A stretch of DNA of 64,000 nt, taken from NCBI GenBank assembly GCA_965227405.1, contig OZ245758.1, positions 2,932,338 through 2,996,337 on the forward strand. The letters run 5' to 3'. Below, one piece after another: positions 37,431 to 45,886 of this stretch (its first letter is position 1; every line of letters begins with the position of its first letter). The notes under the pieces were generated by a model. The model was not told where the DNA came from. It worked only from the letters and a program-made list of their open reading frames with translations, and ran no database searches. This DNA is from Polyangiales bacterium (lineage in GTDB: Bacteria; Myxococcota_A; Polyangia; Polyangiales; Houyiibacteriaceae). The position numbers were made by a program, and so were the translations under genes.

Positions 37431-37487
37431 GCCAGGCTGTTTCCCTCGGCGATCATGGTGCCTCTTGGATTCGTCTTGCGGAGAAGC

Positions 37488-37832
37488 ATGGCTTGCGGAA
37501 TCGTAGTGGGGATGGCGAGCCGTGCCCTGGAAGAGCGTTTGGAGCAACTCCGGGTGAGTTACCGCGCGCGCCTTGGCGAGAAGCTCGATGCACTCGATGC
37601 AACGTTACGGCGCGCCTTGCAAGACGCCACGCCCTCGGCGACCGAAGAACTGTGGGCCGTTGCGCACAACCTGGCCGGAACCGCGGGTTCCTACGGGTTC
37701 AAGGACTTGGCCCAAGCGGTGCGTGAGATGGAAAGCATGCTCGCACCGTTCCGCGGCACCGAACCTCTTCCGAAGTCGGTGGGCGAAGGCTTGGTGCTCT
37801 TGATGGCGGACGCTCGCCGTCTTGCGGACTAA
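37488..37832 (+). CDS. stand-alone Hpt (histidine phosphotransfer) domain protein
   Basis: AHNLAGTAGSYGFKDL carries the conserved phospho-accepting His in an HxxKG-like context. About 114 aa, four-helix composition. A GGAG RBS precedes the ATG at 37488. Confidence 0.55.
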   Translation: MACGIVVGMASRALEERLEQLRVSYRARLGEKLDALDATLRRALQDATPSATEELWAVAHNLAGTAGSYGFKDLAQAVREMESMLAPFRGTEPLPKSVGEGLVLLMADARRLAD

Positions 37833-37838
37833 ATCAGA

Positions 37839-38156
37839 TCAGCCTACGGCTTTGACGTAGCGCATGCGCAGATCGTAGAGGATCTGCGAGAGCAGTCGGT
37901 CCTCTTCGCCGGTCAAGTTGCCCTTGGTCTTCTCGTCCAGCATGGCGATCAGATCGATCGTCTGTTTCGCCATCGGAAGATTTTTGGGTGGCGGTGCTTG
38001 TCCACCGAACACTTCAGGCGGTGCCTCGCCCATGTGCACGAGCGCGGCGCTACTCAGCGAAAGGATGAACGTGTTGAAGTCGACCGGCGGTTCCGGTTCC
38101 TGACTCACCCGGCCTTCAGCTTCGTCCGCAGCGCGCTCGGCGTCTTTGGGATCCAC
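37839..38156 (-). CDS. DUF1844-like small protein (105 aa)
   Basis: The FNTFILSLSSAALVHMGE motif is typical of DUF1844. Its GTG start overlaps the upstream gene's TAG. Confidence 0.45.
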   Translation of the reverse strand: MDPKDAERAADEAEGRVSQEPEPPVDFNTFILSLSSAALVHMGEAPPEVFGGQAPPPKNLPMAKQTIDLIAMLDEKTKGNLTGEEDRLLSQILYDLRMRYVKAVG

Positions 38157-38581
38157 TACTCGCCGCCCTTGGTGGCGGCCCAGCTACGAATCTCGGTGCG
38201 GAACCACTCGTCCGCAGACTCGGTCCACTGAAACTTCTCACGAAGCATCTTGATCGTGGCCTTCTCGAAGTCGGTGTACGTGTCGCCGTCCTTGACCTTG
38301 GCCAGGAGCATCTCAGCGTCGGCTTGCGAGATGCGTCCGTCGCCGCGACCTGCAATCGCCTCTTCTGCCGCAGCGATGATGCCTGCGTCGTACGTCTTGC
38401 CGTCGATCTGGGTGAGCGGATCGGACTCCACCTCTTCCTCGACCGGAACCAAGTCCATCTTCGGCGTCAGGTCTTTCAGATCTTCGAGGTGCTGTTCGTA
38501 CTGCTCCTTCGTGATCAAGCCCTTGGTGATGTTGCGCTCGACGATGCGCTTGTCGATCTTCATTTCGTCGATCTTGGCCAT
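38156..38581 (-). CDS. hypothetical protein (141 aa, Lys/Glu-rich)
   Basis: An AGGAGC RBS precedes the ATG at 38581 (MAKIDEMKIDKR...). The longer ORF N-terminus is not protein-like. Confidence 0.5.
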   Translation of the reverse strand: MAKIDEMKIDKRIVERNITKGLITKEQYEQHLEDLKDLTPKMDLVPVEEEVESDPLTQIDGKTYDAGIIAAAEEAIAGRGDGRISQADAEMLLAKVKDGDTYTDFEKATIKMLREKFQWTESADEWFRTEIRSWAATKGGE

Positions 38582-38682
38582 GGAAAGCTCCTGCGGGGTG
38601 AGGGCCGGCAGCATAGGGCAGGCCTTGAGCCTGTCAAACCCGATGGCTTGCTCCCCAGGCGACGTGCAGGCGACCCTCGGGC

Positions 38683-40182
38683 GTGCCCTCACCGCCTCCG
38701 CCGCCTGAGCTCGTTCGTGAGCTGGAAGTTCTGGTTCATGCGCAACACCCACTTCTCGCGGTGGAAACCGTCGAAGAGATGCGCGCTCAGACCATCTTCG
38801 CTTACGTGGCGGACCGCGTTGGGCTGCCGATGTTTGTGTGGAACCCCACGACCGGCCTGGCCATGCAGGGACCCGATGGCGGTCGACCCGTGGGTACGGA
38901 GAAGCCCACGCAGTGCTTGGCGTTCATCGAGCAGGCGAACCTCGAGGCTATCTTCTTCCTGCCTGGCTTCGACGACTTCGAGGATTCTGCGATCCACGCA
39001 CGAGTCAAAGAGATCTATCGCAAGTACTTCAAACATCGTGGACAGGTTGTGGTCACCGGTCCCTCGGTGGTTCTTCCTCCCGATCTCGAGCCGCTCTTTA
39101 CACCGATCGACATGCCCTTGCCTTCGCGTGATGCGTACCACCGGTTCGTGTCGGAACTGCTCAACGAGATCTCTCAACGTCGGCCGATTCAGGTCGACCT
39201 CACGAACGCGGACGTCGCCGAGTTGCTGCGTGCGCTGCACGGATTGAGCTTCTTCGAAGTGCAGAAGATCATCACGCGCGCGGTGATCGAAGATGGCCGG
39301 CTGGATACCGCCGATCTCAAAACCGTGCTCGCTGCGAAACAACGCATCGTCGAGCGCTCACGTTTGCTGGAGTACTTCCCGCACGCGGAACGGATGACCG
39401 ACATCGCGGGCTTGGGAACGCTCAAAGCGTGGCTTCGAAAGCGGCACAGCGCGTTTGCCGATCCGCAACGCGCTAAGGATTTTGGGTTGAGTCCACCCAA
39501 AGGACTGCTGCTGCTGGGTGTCCAGGGGTGCGGCAAAAGCGCGACGGCGAAAGCGATCGCTGCGGAGTGGCGCTTGCCGTTGATTCGCTTGGATCCTGGC
39601 AATCTCTACGAGAAGTTCTTTGGTGAGAGCGAGCGGAATCTACGCAAAGCGATCAAGGTCGCAGAGTCGCTTGCGCCATGCGTCCTTTGGATCGACGAGA
39701 TCGAAAAGGCGTTTGGTCGCGGCGACAACGATGGTGGAACGTCACAGCGCATCTTCGGAACCTTCTTGTCGTGGCTGCAGGAGAAGAAGGAGAGCGTGTT
39801 TGTGATTGCGACGGCGAACGACATCTCGTCGCTCCCGCCCGAGTTGCTCCGCAAGGGGCGTTTTGACGAGATCTTCTTTGTCGACCTACCCACGCGCGAT
39901 ACGCGTCGCAGCATCTTCGAGGTGCATTTGAAGCGTCGAAACCGCGATCCGAGTGGGTTTGATCTGGACACTTTGGCCGACACCACCGACGGGTTCAGCG
40001 GTGCGGAGATCGAACAGGTGGTGGTGTCCGCGTTGTACTCCGCGTTTGGTGCAGATACGGATATCGACACGGACTCGCTTCAGCAAGAAGTCGTCGCGAC
40101 ACGACCGCTGAGCGTCACGATGGCGGAGAAAGTACAGCAGCTTCGTTCGTGGGCCCACGAACGCGCAGTGCCCGCGGAGTAG
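38683..40182 (+). CDS. AAA-family ATPase, Ycf46-like
   Basis: C-terminal classical AAA module (GVQGCGKSATAKAIA, LWIDEIEKAF, sensor/arginine-finger region). An N-terminal domain of about 240 aa beginning ELVRELEVLVHAQHPLLAVETVEE, as in the Ycf46 family. Confidence 0.7.
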   Translation: MPSPPPPPELVRELEVLVHAQHPLLAVETVEEMRAQTIFAYVADRVGLPMFVWNPTTGLAMQGPDGGRPVGTEKPTQCLAFIEQANLEAIFFLPGFDDFEDSAIHARVKEIYRKYFKHRGQVVVTGPSVVLPPDLEPLFTPIDMPLPSRDAYHRFVSELLNEISQRRPIQVDLTNADVAELLRALHGLSFFEVQKIITRAVIEDGRLDTADLKTVLAAKQRIVERSRLLEYFPHAERMTDIAGLGTLKAWLRKRHSAFADPQRAKDFGLSPPKGLLLLGVQGCGKSATAKAIAAEWRLPLIRLDPGNLYEKFFGESERNLRKAIKVAESLAPCVLWIDEIEKAFGRGDNDGGTSQRIFGTFLSWLQEKKESVFVIATANDISSLPPELLRKGRFDEIFFVDLPTRDTRRSIFEVHLKRRNRDPSGFDLDTLADTTDGFSGAEIEQVVVSALYSAFGADTDIDTDSLQQEVVATRPLSVTMAEKVQQLRSWAHERAVPAE

Positions 40183-40209
40183 CCGTCAGGCGAAGTACAA
40201 GTGTGGTAG

Positions 40210-40635
40210 CTAAGGACAGGCGCGGTTGCAGGCGAAGACGCCGCCGCCGCAGTCTCGCGTGTCTCCGCACGCCGCCATGTTGCACTCGCCCGTCCCGTCG
40301 CAGCGCAGAACGCACTCGCCGGCGCCGCACGCGAGTTGGCAGTTGGCGTCTCCGGAACACGCGAGCTCGCAGCTAGCGTTGCGTCGGCAGCGCACGTTGG
40401 TCTGAGTCTGATCGGTGGCGGTGATCGCGCATGCCGAGCCAGCAACACACTCCGTGACACAACGATCGCCCTGACACTCGTAGTTGCACGTGCAGCCCGC
40501 TGCACACTGACAATCACCCACACAGATTGCCGTGCAGAAACAGCCGTCAGGACAATCCTCGGTCAGGTCGGGATCGACGACGACGAAGCAACCCGCGCCG
40601 AAGAGCAAAACGAAACCGAAGACAAGACGAAGCAC
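40210..40635 (-). CDS. small Cys-rich lipoprotein (141 aa, about 30 Cys)
   Basis: MLRLVFGFVLLFGAGCF lipobox, then a dense CxxxC / CxC pattern. Immediately downstream of, and co-oriented with, the Omp85 gene (4-bp gap). Confidence 0.55.
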   Translation of the reverse strand: MLRLVFGFVLLFGAGCFVVVDPDLTEDCPDGCFCTAICVGDCQCAAGCTCNYECQGDRCVTECVAGSACAITATDQTQTNVRCRRNASCELACSGDANCQLACGAGECVLRCDGTGECNMAACGDTRDCGGGVFACNRACP

Positions 40636-40638
40636 GAT

Positions 40639-43600
40639 TCAGAATAGCCCGATGCTGAAGTGGAACGATCCGAAGGTTTCCTCGCCGAGATAGTCTCGCG
40701 GTGCGAGCAGGAACCCAAGGTCGAACGCGATGGGACCGACCGGTGTGCCGAAGCGTAAACCGAACCCGGCGGTGGGGCGAAGGTCCAAAGGGTTGAGTGG
40801 TGGTTCAATCCACAAGTTACCGAGATCGACAAAGAGCCCGCCGTTCAGATCACCCACAATCGGGAACCGCAGCTCACCGCGCAGCACCATGAAGGTATCG
40901 CCACCCTGCACAATACCGCTGCTGTCGAAGAGTTCGGGGTTGTCCTGAATTTCGTCGGCGAGATCTTGCGGCACCATCGCGTCTTGCAGGTAGCCACGCA
41001 CAGTACCCACACCACCGACGAAGAACGAGCGGTTGGGATACGTTTCGGAGTTGTCTTCGAGATGGATCACGCGACCGAGTTTGAGTTGCGTGGCAAACAC
41101 GAAGCGTTCGCGTCGATCGAGCGGTACATATCCGCTCGCCGTGAGCTGCACGCGCATGTGGTGACTGAAGAAGCGCTGGAGCTCGCCGGCGCGTTCGATC
41201 TCTTCAGCGGTTAATGTGCGTGCCCATTCGGCACTCGCCGATACAAAGAACCCCCGTTTGGGAACGAAGGGGTTGTCGCGTCGGTCCAAGCTGACAAACG
41301 CACGTCCCGCGACAAGCGTGGTCTCGCCCTCGGGAACGCGTAGCAAGTTGCGGAGTCGAATGTTGCCGGCAACCTGTTGAAGGATCTCTTCGTAGCTCTC
41401 ATCGCCAAGCACTTCGACGTCGTTGTTCTCAACGTCGGCACTGAACTGGGTGGACACGCTGCGATGAGGACGCCACCCAAACGTCAGGTCGACCGAGTTC
41501 TTGGTGAAACCGAAGTTACGTTCGTTCTCGCGCTGGTGAATGCCGGCCAGTGAAGTACGCACATTCGGCAACCCGATGAAGGGGATGTCGAACGTCAGGG
41601 CAACCCGGCGCTCAAGTCGGTCCTGAAGGCTCAGGCTTTCGAAACGATCTTGGAGAACATTGTCGGGATCGTTGAAGAAGATGAACTGGTAGCCGATTTG
41701 ACCAGAGAGTCGGAACCCGATCGCAGTCCCACCCAGGTTTCGATACCCGTACTCCAGACCGAAACGCGCACCCTGCGCAGTGGACACACCGGCGCGAAAA
41801 TCCAGGTACTGGTTGTCCTGCTCGACGATGCTGACGGTGAGTGGTTTGACGCGCTCGGGGAGATCCGGGTTCTGCGGCGCCACGCTCACGCTTGTGAACA
41901 CGCCCAGGTTGAGCAGCGCATCCTGAGCACTGCGCAGCGCAGCGGGCCGCAACAGGTCGCCTTCGCCGATGGTGAGTACTCGACGGATCAGGCGTTCGTT
42001 CGTGGTGTCGTTACCTTCGATCGTGATGTCACCAACGTGAACTTCGAAGCGTTCGCTGACTTGCATCAACACTTCGGCGCGGGTTCGATCGCCGCTGAAC
42101 CGAACCTGCGTATCGACGCTCGCGTAGTAGTACCCGCGATCTTGATACGCCTCGACGATGCGGCTCTTGGCTTGTTCCAGCGCGAAGTAACTAAACGGTT
42201 GGTCGCGCTCGAGTGCGGCCGCTTCCAACACCTCTTGGGTTGTCAGTGCTTCATGGCCACGAAGTTGAACTCCGTGCAGCAGGGCACGCGGACCTTCAGA
42301 AACCGGAACCACGACGATGGCGCGATGGCGCCCGACGGTTTCCAAGCGTGCCGGACCGACGCGTGCATCGAGAAACCCTTCAGCTTCGTACAACCCCTGC
42401 ACGTGTTCGATCGCGCGCTCGTAGGCACTCGGATACCAAATCTGAAGTGGGTTGGTGTCGGGCGGGCGTGGTGTTTCGCGGTCGTGGTCTTGGTTGCGCG
42501 CAAAGATGCGGTTGGCGGTATCCGTATCGACCGGGTCGAGGATCGAGTTGGCTGCGATCGCTTCGTCGAGAAACGAACCCATCTGGCTTTCGAGAAAGCT
42601 CTGGTCGAAGTGGCGTGCACCGGGAAACGCACGTGCAACAACGCGAAGTTGATGGCCCGCGCGGATTTCGACCACCAGCTCTGCGCGATCGCGATGGCGG
42701 CGATTGGGAACGATGTGCAGCCGCACTCGCGCGTCGTTGAACCCTCGTCGTTGATAGAGATCGACGATGCGATCTTGGATGGCGCGAATGCGTCCGCGTG
42801 AGAGGCGTTCGTCGAAGACATCCATCTCGTCGAACACCCGGCTGCGGTCCAAGGGATCGGGCGTGACGATTCGCAGCGTGTAGCGTGGACCCACGTGACT
42901 GGGCAGTGCGATCAACACACCGGCGGGTCGTCGAAGGATCTCCACCGGGCCCACGCGTGCTTCGAGCCAACCCGCTTCGCGCAGTCGCCCTTCGGCTTTG
43001 CGCACTGCTTCGTCGACTTCACGCTGGTCGTAGATATCGCCGCTTGAGAGACCCATGGCACGGCGCACGCCACTTCCTGGGGGTGGTGCGTCCCCGTCAA
43101 AGCGAATCCCCAGAACGCGCGTCGGTTCGTTCTCGCGGACCCGAACGATCATGACCTTGCGGGCGGGATCGTCGGTGTCGCGGAGTTCCAAGTCGGCGCT
43201 CATCGCTTCGTAGCCGCGTTCGGCGTACACGCTCTTGAGTTGAGCGGCGAGCGTGCCCAAGTCGGCGCGCTCGATTTCCGTGCCTTCGTGGAGCTGGAGT
43301 TCGCGAAGGATCTCGTCGTCGTCCAATACGTCATTGCCAACGACGTCCACGCGATTGAGCAGTAGCCTAGGAATCAACCGCGCCGTGAGCCGAACGTCCT
43401 CGCCCACTGGCGTTGCATCGAGCTGCACATCAGCCCAGCGACCTGTCCCGATGAGTTGTTGAATGGTGTTGCGTAGCAGGCGCCGACTCAGACGTGCGTT
43501 GATCGGGATGCCAATGTCGCGAGGCCGCGTGGTTCGCGCTGCGGTGCCTGCAACCACCACTTCCACGATGCGTCGCCCGTAGAGTTGGGGACTCTGTGCA

Positions 43601-43668
43601 GACCCTCCGGAGGCCAGCACGAGCGTCGACCCGATGAGGAAGACGAGAATCGACGCGCGGAAGGCCAT
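40639..43668 (-). CDS. Omp85/BamA-family outer-membrane protein (POTRA repeats plus 16-strand barrel)
   Basis: Signal peptide. An N-terminal region of about 600 aa with repeated POTRA-like beta-alpha-alpha-beta-beta units. A C-terminal barrel with alternating hydrophobic strands ending in the beta-signal FSIGLF. Confidence 0.8.
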   Translation of the reverse strand: MAFRASILVFLIGSTLVLASGGSAQSPQLYGRRIVEVVVAGTAARTTRPRDIGIPINARLSRRLLRNTIQQLIGTGRWADVQLDATPVGEDVRLTARLIPRLLLNRVDVVGNDVLDDDEILRELQLHEGTEIERADLGTLAAQLKSVYAERGYEAMSADLELRDTDDPARKVMIVRVRENEPTRVLGIRFDGDAPPPGSGVRRAMGLSSGDIYDQREVDEAVRKAEGRLREAGWLEARVGPVEILRRPAGVLIALPSHVGPRYTLRIVTPDPLDRSRVFDEMDVFDERLSRGRIRAIQDRIVDLYQRRGFNDARVRLHIVPNRRHRDRAELVVEIRAGHQLRVVARAFPGARHFDQSFLESQMGSFLDEAIAANSILDPVDTDTANRIFARNQDHDRETPRPPDTNPLQIWYPSAYERAIEHVQGLYEAEGFLDARVGPARLETVGRHRAIVVVPVSEGPRALLHGVQLRGHEALTTQEVLEAAALERDQPFSYFALEQAKSRIVEAYQDRGYYYASVDTQVRFSGDRTRAEVLMQVSERFEVHVGDITIEGNDTTNERLIRRVLTIGEGDLLRPAALRSAQDALLNLGVFTSVSVAPQNPDLPERVKPLTVSIVEQDNQYLDFRAGVSTAQGARFGLEYGYRNLGGTAIGFRLSGQIGYQFIFFNDPDNVLQDRFESLSLQDRLERRVALTFDIPFIGLPNVRTSLAGIHQRENERNFGFTKNSVDLTFGWRPHRSVSTQFSADVENNDVEVLGDESYEEILQQVAGNIRLRNLLRVPEGETTLVAGRAFVSLDRRDNPFVPKRGFFVSASAEWARTLTAEEIERAGELQRFFSHHMRVQLTASGYVPLDRRERFVFATQLKLGRVIHLEDNSETYPNRSFFVGGVGTVRGYLQDAMVPQDLADEIQDNPELFDSSGIVQGGDTFMVLRGELRFPIVGDLNGGLFVDLGNLWIEPPLNPLDLRPTAGFGLRFGTPVGPIAFDLGFLLAPRDYLGEETFGSFHFSIGLF

Positions 43669-43697
43669 TCAGACCTGGTTTATCCGAAGAGCGACAG

Positions 43698-44339
43698 CTA
43701 GCGGTAGCTTTCGATCACATCCAGGACGATGGGGCTCGACCAGTCGAAGGCGCCGTCGTAGCGGACACGCACAACCCCGTCGCGATCGATGATCCACGTC
43801 TCAGGGTACAGCTCGGTGCCAAACATGCCCTCGGTGACCGACTTGTCCGGGTCGAAGAGGTGCAGGAGCTTGGGATCGGCCGGGAGCACAGTGTTGACCG
43901 CTTCCCATCCAGCGTCCGTGGAGATGGCGACAACCTCGACGTCGTCCCAACGTTCGGAGAGCTCGGCGAGAATCTCGAGCGAGGGCATCTCTTCCAGACA
44001 GGGCGGACACGTGATGCTCCAGAAGTTCATCAGCACGACTTTCCCGCGCTGATCCGAGAGCTTCCATTCGCGTCCGTTGCGATCGACAACCGTGAAGTCC
44101 GGTGCGAGTCGTTCGCGACCCATGTAGTGCGGGAAGCCGCCCGCGCTGTCGGTCAGTTCGTCGTAGCGTGCTTCACCGAGCATGGCGCGAAGCGGGCCTT
44201 CTTCGGCACGCCGCTGTCCATCGAACACGGCGTTGCCCATCGCCCACAACAAGGGAAGCCCGATGACGGCAGCAGCGAGCGCAGCGTAGGTCTCGCCGCG
44301 GCGAGCATCGTCGGACTTGCTTTTGGTCGAAGTACTCAT
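43698..44339 (-). CDS. TlpA/ResA-like thiol:disulfide oxidoreductase (thioredoxin fold), membrane-anchored
   Basis: N-terminal TM (YAALAAAVIGLPLLW) and the WSITCPPCLEEMP CxxC active site. Its ATG overlaps the upstream gene's stop in ATGA. Confidence 0.8.
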   Translation of the reverse strand: MSTSTKSKSDDARRGETYAALAAAVIGLPLLWAMGNAVFDGQRRAEEGPLRAMLGEARYDELTDSAGGFPHYMGRERLAPDFTVVDRNGREWKLSDQRGKVVLMNFWSITCPPCLEEMPSLEILAELSERWDDVEVVAISTDAGWEAVNTVLPADPKLLHLFDPDKSVTEGMFGTELYPETWIIDRDGVVRVRYDGAFDWSSPIVLDVIESYR

Positions 44340-44848
44340 GAATCGACGTGACCTTGTGCGGGGGTCCAGGTGGACATCGGATCCTCCAGCACTGGAGGGC
44401 GTACCTTACTCGTTTTGATCCGAAAGAAGGGACCTTCTTCGTCTTCTTCCATGAGGGTCGCGAGTTGGTGCATGGCGTTGCGCTCAAAGCGTGCGGGAAC
44501 TCTCCCTCCGCGCACATCGCACCAGAGCGCGTCGTGGGGATCCAGGCGCAGTGATGATTCGTCGAGCGCTTCTTCCCGACCTCCCGAAAGACTCAGCCAG
44601 GGAGTTTCGCCCTCGAATCGAACTGCACGCACCACGTAGGGCGGACCTTCGATGTGCACGAACGCCCAGTTGATCTCGTTGCTCAAACAGAAGCGACCAT
44701 CCGGTGCGCGATCGATCCAAGCGTCGAGTCGTTGCACCAAACGCGGATGCGTAATGGCTTCTTCGCCATCGAACCAATGACCTTTGCGATCGCGTCGAAT
44801 CTTGGTTTCGCGGGTGAAACCGCGTTTGAGCATCTCCGCCGGATCCAT
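44336..44848 (-). CDS. hypothetical protein (about 170 aa; possibly DUF1285-like)
   Basis: I chose the internal ATG at 44848 (MDPAEMLKRGF...). Only 2 nt separate it from the upstream BNR gene's stop. The family assignment is tentative. Confidence 0.4.
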   Translation of the reverse strand: MDPAEMLKRGFTRETKIRRDRKGHWFDGEEAITHPRLVQRLDAWIDRAPDGRFCLSNEINWAFVHIEGPPYVVRAVRFEGETPWLSLSGGREEALDESSLRLDPHDALWCDVRGGRVPARFERNAMHQLATLMEEDEEGPFFRIKTSKVRPPVLEDPMSTWTPAQGHVDS

Positions 44849-44850
44849 GA

Positions 44851-45726
44851 CTAGTCGAGGTCCTCCCAATCGGAACTCGATGTCGAAGCGCCTGCGCCTT
44901 CGAAGCGATAGATCTTGCCGCCCTGACACCCGACCAAGAGTCCGTCGTCGATGGCCAACACACTCCAAAAGTGATCTTTGACCTTCACGTCGATCAGTTC
45001 CCAGTCGCGTCCGTTCTCCGAGAACATGACGACTCCGCCAGCGCCCACCACGACAAGACCTCCTTCGATGACCGCCATGTCTTCGAGATCCGCACCGGTC
45101 GGCGTGCGCACGCGCGTCCAGTTCGTTCCCGTGTCGTCGGAGGTGAACACTTGGCCGCCATCACCGATCAGGACCAATGAGCCCTCTGGCGTTTGAGCCA
45201 AACCGGTGAGCGGTGCTTCGCGATCAACCTGCACTTCGACGAAACGCTCTCCATCGAGCACGTACATTCCGTCGCCGTAGAAAAACAATCGGCCGCCGAC
45301 GTCGTCGCACTTGAGCATGCGTGCACTGCGATGCACGCGATCCCAGGTTTGCCCTTCGTCGTCGGAACGCACCACGCCCGAATCGCACACCGCCCACAGT
45401 GCGCCGTTCGCATCGAGCACGCGATAGAGACAATGATTGACCGCAGAGTCTGCGATCTCCCAGGTGTCACCGCGGTCGCGCGTGATCGCGATCGTGCCGT
45501 ACTCGCCCACCACGATGACGTCGTCTTCTGCTCGTGCGACCAAACCACGAAGTCCCGAGGTCTTGGGGGTGCTTGTCGCCTCGAAGCTCCGACCGTCGGA
45601 AGAGCGCAGAAACGTGGTCCGGTGGTAGGTGCCACCCGATGCGAAAAACCACCCGTCAGCTTCATCGATTTCAGCAATGAAACCTTGGCCGGAGCCCCCG
45701 GAATGGACGACGTGTGCGCGATACAT
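44851..45726 (-). CDS. BNR/Asp-box repeat beta-propeller protein (Ycf48/HCF136-like)
   Basis: At least four SxDxGxTW Asp-box motifs (TRDRGDTWEI, SDDEGQTWDRV, TSDDTGTNWTRV, SENGRDWELI) spaced about 40-60 aa apart. Confidence 0.65.
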   Translation of the reverse strand: MYRAHVVHSGGSGQGFIAEIDEADGWFFASGGTYHRTTFLRSSDGRSFEATSTPKTSGLRGLVARAEDDVIVVGEYGTIAITRDRGDTWEIADSAVNHCLYRVLDANGALWAVCDSGVVRSDDEGQTWDRVHRSARMLKCDDVGGRLFFYGDGMYVLDGERFVEVQVDREAPLTGLAQTPEGSLVLIGDGGQVFTSDDTGTNWTRVRTPTGADLEDMAVIEGGLVVVGAGGVVMFSENGRDWELIDVKVKDHFWSVLAIDDGLLVGCQGGKIYRFEGAGASTSSSDWEDLD

Positions 45727-45823
45727 GGACCGAAACTACCCCTGGAACTGATCGTTTGGGGCGGGTGTTGCGTCTCAGCAAGCGCAGATCGGTGTGAGAA
45801 CTGACCAAAAACCCCCGAAAAGA

Positions 45824-45869
45824 GCCGGAAAAGACCAGGCGTGATACGTTCCTCTTTCCGGCTTTTGCC
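45824..45869. promoter_or_regulatory. hairpin (GCCGGAAAAGA / TCTTTCCGGC, 18-nt loop) followed by a TTTT tract in the tamB 5' leader and divergent promoter region
   Basis: Read directly. 10/11-bp complementary arms at 45824-45834 and 45853-45862, TTTTGCC after, and the stem ends 24 nt upstream of the TTG start of the TamB-like gene. The reverse strand also shows a U-rich flank. Confidence 0.3.
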
Positions 45870-45886
45870 CGCCCTGGAGTGCCCTT

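Noticed and set aside
36423-37487. 5' portion of the 469-aa ORF 36423..37832
   Set aside because: Antisense to the polytopic membrane protein. Only the C-terminal Hpt-domain segment from ATG 37488 is protein-like.
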